A DNA stretch of 64,000 bases from Utricularia gibba (taxonomy: Eukaryota; Plantae; Magnoliophyta): contig CM007989.1 of assembly GCA_002189035.1 (NCBI GenBank), forward strand, positions 5,890,001 to 5,954,000. The letters are read 5' to 3'. The notes beneath the pieces are model-generated. The model did no database searches, was not told the DNA's origin, and worked only from the letters and a program-made list of their open reading frames with translations. Positions 50,735 through 61,620 of the stretch are shown piece by piece. A program made the position numbers and the translations under genes. Within the stretch, counting starts at the first letter, position 1. Every line of letters begins with the position of its first letter.

Positions 50735-53700
50735 ACTCAAGAGTAGTGGAAGAACATGTTTTAGAACGACACAAAATCATTTATCAACTCCCCCACACTT
50801 AGATATTGCTTGTCCTCAAGCAATTGTTCAAGGTATTTTACTCCAAAGTAGTAATTTGCAAATAGAAGTAAGGCTAGCAAAATGCATGAGTTATTCAATG
50901 GTACACCATCCACTAGCCCTCCTTGCACTTAGCTACTCCTCACAAGTCACTCAATACGCTCAAAACAAGAAATCCATAAGAGGAGGATGAAATGAAAAGA
51001 GGATCGCTCAATACCTGAATGTAGGCGAGTCAGTAAACTTGCGCAAGTGATCCACTAGTTTCAGCAAGCTTGCGTAATCATGAGGTCTTTTTTTCGGGTT
51101 GTAGCACGGCAGGATCTTGGGACAGGTAGGAAATTCGGTTGGAGGCTCCATTTCATGAGTAATAAGGAGTGAGCATCCATCAAACAATTATGTCATGCTT
51201 ACCTTTTGATTTTCGTACTCCAAGTAACTCCTTCTCTTTCATCTTTGTGGCTTCTTTTCAACACTTTAGCCTTTTTCTTTCTTCTTCTCTCTCTCTCTTT
51301 TTTTTTGATTCTTTCTTTCTTTTTTTTCGAAAGTGATCTGTCTCTTGCATAGGATGTCTGTTTGAAATCCCTTCACAATTTTTTGAGATAGAGCTTGATC
51401 ACTAAGTTGAAAATTGCTCTCAACTTTTCTTCTTTTGTAATAGAGCTCCTGGTTCTGCAGCTTGTGCAAGCAAATGAATAGTACTGTTCTCCAGATGCTT
51501 GTTCCTTGGGTCAAGAGAAATTGCAGTAAGCTATAATTATAGAAATGGATTTGGCTTTTGATGTGGTGATCCAAATAAAAGGGTTTTAGGCTAAGCGGGG
51601 CTCACAAAGCGGATTCAAGGTGGGATATTAGGATAAAATAGGGCAAATCCTAATGCGTCAATCCCGTTGCGCAAGACATGTAGAATAACCCAGCAGTATA
51701 CACAAGAACATGCTCATGATCGTGGTACATTCAGGTCACTCATAAAGAAAAGAGAATACAAGTGTCTCCTCACCAAGAAAGTAGGGCTATGTAGCTTGTG
51801 CAAGGAGTACAAAATGAATAGCATGCAAAAGAATACCTTAGCAAGAAGCCTGCCAAAATTCTAATGCACAGGAACTATCTTGAAGAAATAATACCAAAAA
51901 TAAAAGCTTAAGTTCCAGCAAAACACCAAATGTAAGGTTGTAATAAGTTAGTAAATAAAATCACATTCCATTTGCAGAAAAATGAAAATGATAATTCTCC
52001 TCCACACTTGAATAAGAACTTATTTGCAAAGCTTGAAGAAATTTGACCTGAATCACTTATTCTAAAAAGTAGAATTTTCTTCATCTGGACAACCAATATA
52101 AGTTGCATGGCATGTGCATTTTCGTGGTCATTCATATCAGCCTGTTCGCAACTTTTAAATGCAGAAACCTCATTGCACAAGTTGCAATGATACTTGCACA
52201 AACATACTGGACATATATCAAAACTCATAAACCAACTTGTTTTTGAATGGCAACAAGTAAGCCATGCCTTGGTAAAAGATTAATGTGGTCGGTATGGAAA
52301 TGTGTGAAAGCGAAGAGCAAACCTCTTGAATTTTCCATGCAGCTTCTTCCACTTCCTATTGCTCCAGAATTTATTTTGAAAGAGCCCCTTGGTGGCACAA
52401 ATCACAGCCCATCTTGATCTCAAATTTCTTGCAAAAAACTAATGCATTGAAGAGAAAACAGAAACTTCATGACATTTTATACGTCTCATCTTGCGTAAGT
52501 GCCCATCACGCCATGTTTTTGTTTGCTCTTTGTACAACTCAAATGGAAAGCTCCAGTGCATGGAATCAATGCATAGAATTGTGATCGAAGCTTCCTTGAG
52601 TTGCTGCATTCTACAAAAGAAATCTTTGTTAAAAAAAAAAACATATTCTTCAACTAAATTCTCACTTGTGATGACAAGTTCTTCTTCTTTCAAATCTTTT
52701 TCTATGAAACTTAGGGACCTTTGAACCTCCTCTTGATGTGTGTCCTGATCACATAATTCGTGGGTGTGGTCCTCAAAAAGATCTACTGCTTGCAAATGTT
52801 CATGTGTAACACAATCTGCTTCTGCAGCTCGCGCAAGGTCAAGGACACGCATCGTTGGAACTCCATCTTCAATTTCAATATCCTCGCATCTAGTGGGGGT
52901 CTCTTCCAATTGACATGAATACTCTGATGTACAGATGGCTTCCAAATCATTCAATTGAGCTTTCAGCATTTGATTTTTAGTTGTAAGTTGCTGCAACTTG
53001 TCATTCATGCCATGCAATCTCTTCATTTGATCTGAAAATTCTTCTTTCACTTGCTTGAATTGCCCAATGACCCCATCTTTCATCTTCTTGATTTGATCAA
53101 ATAATTCATTATTCATCTGCTCTTATCTTTCAATGATTTGACTCAACATATCTCTCAAGGATGGACATTCAGGTTGTCTCCAACCATGATTTGAGTTTTG
53201 TTGGTTGTCAACCTGATTTGCATGACTTTCTCCTTGTGCAAGTCTGATATAATACCTCATGAATTTCTCCTCTAACTCTTCATCTTCAGAATCACTTCCA
53301 AAATCATTGTCCTTTGAATCTAATGATGAATGAGATTGATACCTGGTGTATTGTTGCTTTTTGGACCTCCAATCTTTTTCGTACCCAACATCATTATAAT
53401 AAGCATGAGATTCATTCACAGTCCTTTCTCTGGTGCAGTAATGATTTCTTGCTGGAAGTGGATTTTGTTTTTTCGTCCATGCTTGCGCAAGCATCAATTG
53501 ATCTCTATTGTACTTGCGTAATGGCTTCACCGCAGATCCTCAACCGCAAGCGCCTACACGCGCAGACTCGACTCAAACATGAAAATAGGAAAGATTCAAA
53601 GTAAAAGTGGTCAAAGACGTTTCTAATGGTTGAGAGGGTGGAGTATTTATAGTAGAGTAGATCCAAGTCTTCGTATTTAGCTTATTCGATGGGTTTGGAT

Positions 53701-54039
53701 AAGATCTTCTATCCAAATATTTTATCCAAATCTTCGAAGATCTTCTTCACATCTCTATCTTATCCATGAATCTTGGACCAAATCTTCATCGTTTGACTAA
53801 GTCTTGGGCTAAGATTCGTGGCCCATCAAGTCCATAATTTGGTGGATCTTGTTTCTTCTCAAATTGATCTAAAAGTACTCTAAAAATCCACAAAATACAT
53901 TTTCTCTCCGAAAAGATCAAAGTAGTGTGAAAGATGCAAAATCAATTGAAAATAGTGAGAAAGTGGGGTCTAAGATAAGTAAAAACAACACTCAAGTAGT
54001 GGAAGAACATGTTTTGAAACGACACAAAATTACTTATCA
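50735..54039 (-). mobile_element. Internally deleted, pol-less family-X element: half 5' LTR, gag-linker-like ORFs, PPT, start of 3' LTR
   Basis: The LTR half is at 53523-54039. ORFs 53123-53530 and 52439-53116 share one frame, split by a TAA. The PPT CTAAGTGTGGGGGAGT is at 50787-50802 and the 3' LTR start is at 50735-50786. No RT or integrase motifs were seen. Confidence 0.78.
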
Positions 54040-54676
54040 GATTTATTGACAAAAAGAAATTGATATTGAATTTTATAGGTGGATCTAAAATATTATTATT
54101 GTTGATTTATAATTATTGAAAGTTCAATAAAAAAAAATGACAATCATGTATCCCATTTAATAACACTTTTCATATTATTGATTAATAACACGTTGTTTAA
54201 TAACAAAGCTACCAAAGTCATATAAAACCCATATACATTGAATTATCGAAGCAGACATGCAAACAACGACTTGAACAAATCAAAAGGCAGTGCAATAGAC
54301 CAAACAACGACTTGGACAAACCAAAAGGCAGTGCGATAGACCAAACAACTACTTGGACAAACCAAAAGGCAGTGCAATAGACCGGAGGTTTTCCCGTCAA
54401 CCAGAGAAGAAAGTTATGGGCTGGTGGGAGGCGGCGATGGTGGTGGATCTCCACCCGAATCTGGAGGATCACTTCCCCAGGGGCCTGGAAACCCATACCC
54501 GTGGTATCCCGTCATGGGCAGCGGTGATGGTATTGAAGTAGGGGGATCCTCCCGCAGAAACCGTGATGACTGCCAGCTTTCTCCACCTAACACTGGGATG
54601 AAATTATGGATCCTCGATTCACAATACAATTATAAAATGATGTTAAAGTAAAACATCAGACTGCATTCACAGAATG
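53523..54676 (-). repeat. Right arm of the inverted duplication
   Basis: Reverse complement of 48837-49987. The outer breakpoint reads CAGAATG|TCTGC. Confidence 0.95.
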
Positions 54677-54880
54677 TCTGCTTTTTCAGTGAGAAATTGG
54701 ATGAATCATGTATAGCAGGCAGGGAGAGGCATAGACAAAAAGAAACAAATGTGCATCGATTAGGGGAAAGAAAGTACGTGAAAACTCCTGGATTTTCCTG
54801 CTCGCTTCACTTGAAGTAATCAGGAGGAGGAACAGAACCACTACTGGAGCAACCTTCGTCATTCCCCAAGAGCTGAGCAT
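54414..54880 (-). CDS. Predicted small secreted Pro/Gly-rich peptide precursor (91 aa, or 85 aa from the 2nd ATG), 2 exons; family not recognised
   Basis: Exon 1 is 54778-54880, a U-rich GT-AG intron spans 54587-54777, and exon 2 is 54414-54586. The phase-1 splice joins them in frame: MLSSWGMTKVAPVVVLFLLLITSSEASRKIQEFSRGESWQSSRFLREDPPTSIPSPLPMTGYHGYGFPGPWGSDPPDSGGDPPPSPPPTSP. A TATAAAA lies at 54899-54905. There is no expression evidence. Confidence 0.62.
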
Positions 54881-54898
54881 CTTCAATTGGTGTATGCG

Positions 54899-54942
54899 TT
54901 TTATAGAGGTCAATTTTTGCTGTCCTTTTCGCTAACTTGACC
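54899..54942 (-). promoter_or_regulatory. TATA box and two W-box (TTGACC) motifs upstream of the peptide gene
   Basis: TATAAAA at 54899-54905; TTGACC at 54908-54913 (minus) and 54937-54942 (plus). Confidence 0.5.
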
Positions 54943-55143
54943 AAGTTTTCATGTAGTTGAACAAGTCTTAATAGCACAGCAGCCGCGCAATCCCTTAGCG
55001 CCACTTTCGTAGATGAGATTGGAATAAGTTGAATTATAATTATTTAGGTTATTTGATAGATTTACATTTAATTAGCTTTAAAGAATTTTTATATTTGATA
55101 TCTTGAAAACAAAATACTACAAAAAACTGATGCATACACACAT

Positions 55144-55754
55144 GTATTATCTTAGTTCTAAAGTTCAACAACAAATGACACATAACATAAACATAAACTG
55201 TCAATAGTTCTCACGGAAAAACGACAACAAATCCCAGCTAGGAATAGTGTTTTTCATAAGTAGAAGAAATCTTTAAAAGATGGCTTGAATCATGAATCGT
55301 CTTATTCGTTTCTTCCTATAAGTTTTTCTCAAATCTCCTCCCATTTTCCAGAGGTGTGTGGTGTGTTATTCAAGGGGGTAGAGATATTTTCTTCCCCTCA
55401 TCATTCAAAAAATCTTCTTTTTTTCTTCACCTTAGGATTTCGTGTACTTCATTAAGCTTTTGTCCTTATTTCATGTAACTTCACTGTTCTCTTTCGAATC
55501 TTTGGGATTTGAGTTGCTGACATATGTTTTATTGCTCAAAGTAACTATTAGAACTAAGTCACAAAAGAGTAGAAATACATAATAAGCTTGAGTTTTTTAG
55601 CAAATTATTAGTTATTTTTTTATTCTTAAATACTCAAAAATATGTTTTATCACATTATCCAAGACTAGACTTGTTCTCTAGTCCTAACTAAGATTAACAG
55701 GCGCTAAGCAGTCAAAGAACTTCATGAGCAGAGATGTCAACACTCAACCCTTCA
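55144..55754. repeat. Filler segment copied from 58329-58945 (LTR-derived)
   Basis: Direct-repeat homology runs from GTATTATCTT through ACACTCAACCCTTCA. Confidence 0.85.
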
Positions 55755-56098
55755 CTTGAAGTAATCAGGAGGTGGAACAGAACCACTACAGGAGCAACCT
55801 TCGTCATTCCCCAATAGCTGAGCATCTTCAACTGGTGTATTGTGAATTGACCTCTACTTTTATAGAGGTCAATTTTTGCTGTCCTTTTCACTAACTTGAC
55901 CAAGTTTTCGTGTAGTTGAACAAGTCTTAATAACACAGCCGCCACGCAATCCCTTAGCGCCACTTTCGTAGATGAGATTGGAATAAGTTGAATTATAATT
56001 ATTTAGGATATTTGATAGATTTACATTTAATTAGCTTTAAAGAATTTGTATATTTGATATCTTGAAAAAAAAATAATACAAAAAACTGATACATACAT
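55750..56098 (-). pseudogene. Tandem duplicate of peptide-gene promoter and exon 1, truncated after ITSSE
   Basis: Matches 54805-55140. The ATG is at 55825 and reads MLSYWGMTKVAPVVVLFHLLITSSE, then runs into filler sequence to a stop at 55712. It carries an L>H change in the hydrophobic core. Confidence 0.72.
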
Positions 56099-57899
56099 AT
56101 ATATATAATTTGATTAATTAATTGGTTTAACCTTTAAATTAATATTTAATATTAATTTTCCTTCCATCTCTAAAACCGAGTCTCCCCCCTATGCCATATA
56201 CCAGCAATCCCAAAGTAAATCTTTACTTTGGAATCCATGTAATTTTCTTTTTCACTTGTCTTCATCAGATAATCATGGACAGAGGGAGAAATATTAGGAA
56301 GAAGACTATTCAATTGAACAATGATGACAAGAATTTTGCGGAAAATTTGGCAACAATAACAATCCATCAAATTCTAGTAAGGCAACAACAAACAAGGTTA
56401 GACAATGCAAGAAGACTTATTTCTTATATGATTGATGCCACATAAGAAACAAAAATTTACAATGTCGTTAAAATTGCAAATTATTTTATCAAATAAATTT
56501 ATAAATCTAATTCATATCCAATCATATAACAATTATGAGCATAGTGAATTATGGTCGAATACAAGGAGCTATGTGTTTGTTGTGTAAAAGTTTATGCATG
56601 CTGTTTTGTCATGGTTAAGAGATTATGTATAGGCTAACACAAATTCTATTTAGTGATAAAATACAATAAAGAAAAGTAATAAATTATTGAAATCAGTTGT
56701 TGACTAAGATGAGATGGGGTGATGTGTTGGAACTCTTAGGATTAGTATGCAAATTACTACAACTATCCCACTGTTGCGTGTCGTTTCCTCAATAAATTTA
56801 AATTTAAAAAACGTAAAACACAAAAGAGCGTAGTACGAGTGTCAATCTCAAAAAGTTGAGTTTTGCGAAAAATGTTTTGTAGAAAACTTTTACAAATTGT
56901 CACGAAATTGTAAAAGGGAGTTTTTGAAATGCAAAAATACAAGTTACTATGTAAGTAATGGACCTTGAGTATGGTACACAGTTCCTGGGAAATGCACTCT
57001 GTTTCCTTCTTTTGTTTATCCTTGCCTCGGTTTTACTGATTCCTTCCGAATAGCTTGTTATAGAAGCAAGGAATAGCCTACTCTCCCTTACACTCTAATT
57101 GATAAAGAGGCACGGGAATAGCCTCATGCGGTTCCCCCTTGGACGATTGAGAAGACAATAAGATTGTCATCGATTGTCTTTAAAACCCACGTGTGTCCAA
57201 CTGTTGCCAATGACCAATGGCGAATACGAGGTCACTACTCGTCCACTGTTGCGGTATCTCGGTCACAAACAATTCGCTAATTCCCTCGAATTGATAGGGT
57301 TGCAAATGATGCTCTTCACCTTGCTCTTCATCAAATTTCACGAGGAGTGGCATGCTACTCATAGATCATGATTAGAAAACGTTACAGAAAGACTGCATAA
57401 AGAAGCATGGAAGCATGCAAAATCCGAAATGAATTCAGTAAAGAACCGAGAATTGCACTCAAGACTTAGAAGGAAATTTTATTTACTCTCAAAAAGTAAT
57501 AGTGTCAAAGGGCCATGGAAACAAAAAAAAAATGGAAAACTCTAGTGTTCTTCTTCCTTTGGAGGAGAGGAAGAATCAAAAGTTCTATATGTAAGAACAA
57601 AGTGTCAAAAGGTCAAAAGTCCAAAAATAAGTGTTCCAAATTGGTTTTATCTCACTCCTCACACGCATTAACTTCTTCTGGTCCCCTTCTCATCATTCCT
57701 TCTGTCTTACGGGCACCATCAGCTTTCTCATGCATGCAAGTAAGCATTCAATCATTGCTGTAGACTCTGACATGTCGTAACTCAGGGACCTTGACTAATA
57801 TCAGTTTTCCGCTCACAATTGTACCAAGTCACGTGCAAGGCACAAAAAGTTAGAGTCTAGTCTAAAGTCACAATTGTACCATCCTACAACACTCCACAC

Positions 57900-60800
57900 T
57901 ACCTCCTACCACATTTCAGTCAAAGTACACGAAAAGGATAACGAAAATATACACAAAATAATTATCAATATAAATTCTAAATTGGACGACTTAACACTAG
58001 ATTCATACATAATAATACATAATAATAAGTATAAAATGACACTTAACACCCACCTAAACCATAAATCATTCATCTAACAAACAAAGCTTTAAGAACCAAA
58101 CTCTTGTTTTCCCTAATTTTTTGTCTATCTCTAATTAGGGTTGGTCTAGTGAACTTCACTATTTCCCTCTCCTGAATCTATCCTAAATTGTTAAGAAAAT
58201 AATGTGATTATGTGTTAAATGTGGTTTAATGAACAACAAACATGTAACTCCTTTTGTCCCCAGGCACTATTAGATGCTTTAGCTATTCATGATAACAGAA
58301 TGTAAAACACTTTCATGACATATTATAAGTATTATCTTGGTTGTAAAGTTCAACAACAAAAGGCACATAACAGAACCATAAACTGTAAATAGTTCTCACG
58401 GAAAAATGACAACAACTCCCAACTAGGAATAATGTTTTTCATAAGCAAAAGAAATTTTCAAAAGATGGCTTGGATCATGGTTCGTCTTCAAAAGAGGTGT
58501 GTGGCATGTTGTTCAAGGGGTTAGAGATATTTTCTTACCCTCATCATTCCAGAAATCTTCTTTTTCTCTTATCAGGAAGACAAGCAAAACAAAAATAATC
58601 TTTCAGCTTTTCTCTTATATTTTTTGTGTACTTCATTCAGCTTTTGTACTTATTTCATGTAACTTCACTATTCTCTTTCGGCTCCTTGGGATTTGGATTG
58701 CTGACATATGGTGTATTGCTCAAGAGAACTATTAGAACTAAGTCACAAAAGCATAGAAATACATTATAAAACTTGAGTTTTCTAGCAAAATACTAGTTAT
58801 TTTTTTTATTCTTAAATACTCAAAAATATGTATTATCACACTATATTACAACGATATTAGACTTATCCTACAGACTAACTAAGACTAACAGGCGCTAAGC
58901 AGTCAAGGAACTTCATGAGCAGAGATGTCGACACTCAACCCTTCAGCTCAAAATGCATGAATTAAAAATGTGCAAGTCTTGGTTGTCACTCAAGTATACA
59001 TGATAGCTTCATCAAGAAAAGTACCTTCAAAGATTAAATAAGCAAATATGACATGTTTTCACTTCCAAAGGGCTATTGGTTGTTAACATTTTTTTCCTTC
59101 TTTCTTTCTCTTCTTTTTCTATTTTTTTTTTCATTCGAAGGTTCAGATAGAAGGAAGCTATGGTTTCGCTCAGGTTATTGTTGTTCCCTTTCTCTTAAGT
59201 CCAGAGTGTGGACTAAGCACTCCCCTCCTTGTTCCTCCTGAGAATTCTCCTACTCCTCTAAGCTATCCCACAACTACCTTTCTCTTGTTGCTCCAATGTC
59301 TACACACGCTCTTTTGTTTATACTGCTTTTCAAGACTTGGGTCTCATTGCTTTTTAGGTGATGATGCTTTTCTGACCCCATAATCTTATGATCCTCGATT
59401 TCCTTGACAACTAGTATCCCATGAGAGAACAATGCATGCCAACTTGCATAAAATTTTTTTTTGAATGCACTAATTTGACTACATTGAACATGCTACTATC
59501 TCATGAAAATGATCAAGGAAAAATGCATGCTCATGGGTATATAAAAGGCTATAACAAAAGTCATGCATTTTGTGCATCATTGAAAAGTGTCACGTCCTTG
59601 TAAAGGGATTCCCCAACAGCACACAAGAGTCTCCAAATCATGCATCGAGCTACGAAAGTAGTCCTAGCTTAGAGTAATATAATAAAAATAAAAATAAAAA
59701 TAAAAAAATAAAAATGAAAATAGAATAAAACACACCAAATGCATCGATTATTACTTGATCAAGGAGGAGTCTTTCACTATCTAGTTCAATTTCTTTACTT
59801 CCCACAGCAAGTCCCCAAGCCTATTATACACCATGCCAATTATGGACTTGCAGCAGCAGTTTTTCATACTTTTCAGTTCGTTTAGTCCCTGGAAGGTGCT
59901 TTCCTTTTCCTTTTAATGAGGTGCTTTAATGTAAAGCCTTGCAAGAGACTTAAAAACAAAACCTTCCCCCCTAGCTTGAATTAGGCCAACAATTTTAAGA
60001 GAATGTGCATTCAAATGAGCTAATTTTGTTTCTACATGGAAGAATTTTAACTTGGAAGTTTTATTAGAGCACAACCTTTGAGCAAGGAAAGTGATTACAT
60101 TATTGAACCCAAGATGGTTTATGGTATTCCTCTAATAATTCTTATTCATTTGTTCCACTAAAATTGCTCCTAGATTCAAGGATTTCATGTGCAACAAGCA
60201 CCACATGACAAACAAATCACTTTTATATAAAGAATTGAATCCTAAGGTTCTATCGAAAAGCAAAGCATAAATAAGCAAGTGAACACATCGTATAGTAGGG
60301 TCTGCGAATAAATCAGCACATTTTGCCCCTTTTACCTCATTATACCTGGTTGTGAATTCTTCATCATCAAAGTGTAGGTATTTGAGGTTGAGCATCTCTA
60401 CAAGTTGCTTGAAGTAGGGAATGCCCTTGTTGGTCATTTTTCATTGTGATTTCCTGATGAACGCTGGAATGGGTTTGCTAAATGTCGCACTTTAGTACAT
60501 TCAACGCATCAAAAGAAATTTATAAACCTAGTTATTCAACTATACAAATTACAGGAATTAATGTAGTGTGACAAGCAAAGATCAAATTTACAAGGAATGG
60601 TTACAATTTCCTGAAGTTGATTACATTTACTAAAAACAGGGGTTTTTTGAGAATTTAGCTCTAATGTGTGTAAAACATAAAATAGCAATAGCTGAAATAA
60701 ACGAGTTGTAGAGATGAAGAGGCATTGAAATTACCGTGAATGTGCAAAAAATATAAAATAAAAGTGATTTGGCTAGGTTTTACATCAGAATCTAGCTCTT

Positions 60801-60990
60801 GTATCATTCAAGAAAGCTCATAGGTTTAAACCCAACTTTAAAACACTTAAATACAAAGCAAAGGTTTGCAGGAACAGTAAATAGCATATCAAACTTAAAA
60901 CCAAACACAACAGGTTTAAACAAGAACATGTTGATAAGCTGACATATTTACCACATAAAAGTCTATTGAAAATACTAACTATTCAATCTT
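57900..60990 (-). mobile_element. Athila-like relic: LTR (start at ~58838) and 3' internal region with an accessory-ORF fragment
   Basis: The minus strand reads TGATAATAC at 58838. ORF 60132-60437 (HLLIYALLFDR...DLFVMWCLLHMKSLNLGAIL) resembles the Athila ORF1/plant-transposon-protein domain. Boundaries are approximate. Confidence 0.55.
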
Positions 60991-61620
60991 CACGAGAACA
61001 TATTCAACCAAGCCTTTTGAGGAAATAACTCTTTGATCAATGGTTTTTGTGCACTTATAGAATTGTCATCATTTTTGTATATCATGTTTAACATAATAAA
61101 AATAATTAATTTTTACTTATAAAAAATTTAAATATAAACTTATATATATAATTTTGATTTTATATTATATTTATACAAAAATAAAATTAATAAAATGAAT
61201 TGAATTTTCAATATTTTAATTATTTTTTAAAAAAATTTTAATTATCTTTTTAAATTAATTTTAATTTTACAAAAAGATGAAATTTGTAACGAGTTGAAAT
61301 TGAATTCTTAAATATATAGGTTCAAAAAAGCAAAGTAATATCAATTAAGTTACGAACATACATGTAAAAATCTAACACAAATATGAATACACAATGACAG
61401 AAACTTCATGGCCTACTCAAAACCCCATAAGAGTACATGGAATACCACCCAACAAGGAGCCCACCCTATATCCTTGTTGGAATACCACCCAACAAGGATA
61501 AGGTTATATGGAACTCTTACCTTTCGTTTCCAAGATTGTCAGACCAATGTTACTAAGAATAAGAGGGTGCAACCATCAATGTAAATGGTCATATAGCTAA
61601 TGAACTCATATACGCTAAAT

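Noticed and set aside
48837-54676. Interpreting the inverted arms as TIRs of a Mutator/Pack-MULE or foldback transposon
   Set aside because: There is no 8-11 bp TSD at the outer ends, the arms contain half an LTR with an identical insertion flank, and one breakpoint lies inside a host intron.
54807-55004. MALRDC... ORFs here and at 55712-55963 as longer N-termini
   Set aside because: They start at GTG upstream of the TATA box, and their frame relative to the signal peptide differs between the two copies.
56770-57800. Possible Tat/Ogre LTR and ORF fragment (57180-57362)
   Set aside because: It looks repeat-like, but I could not establish termini, PBS/PPT or a diagnostic motif.
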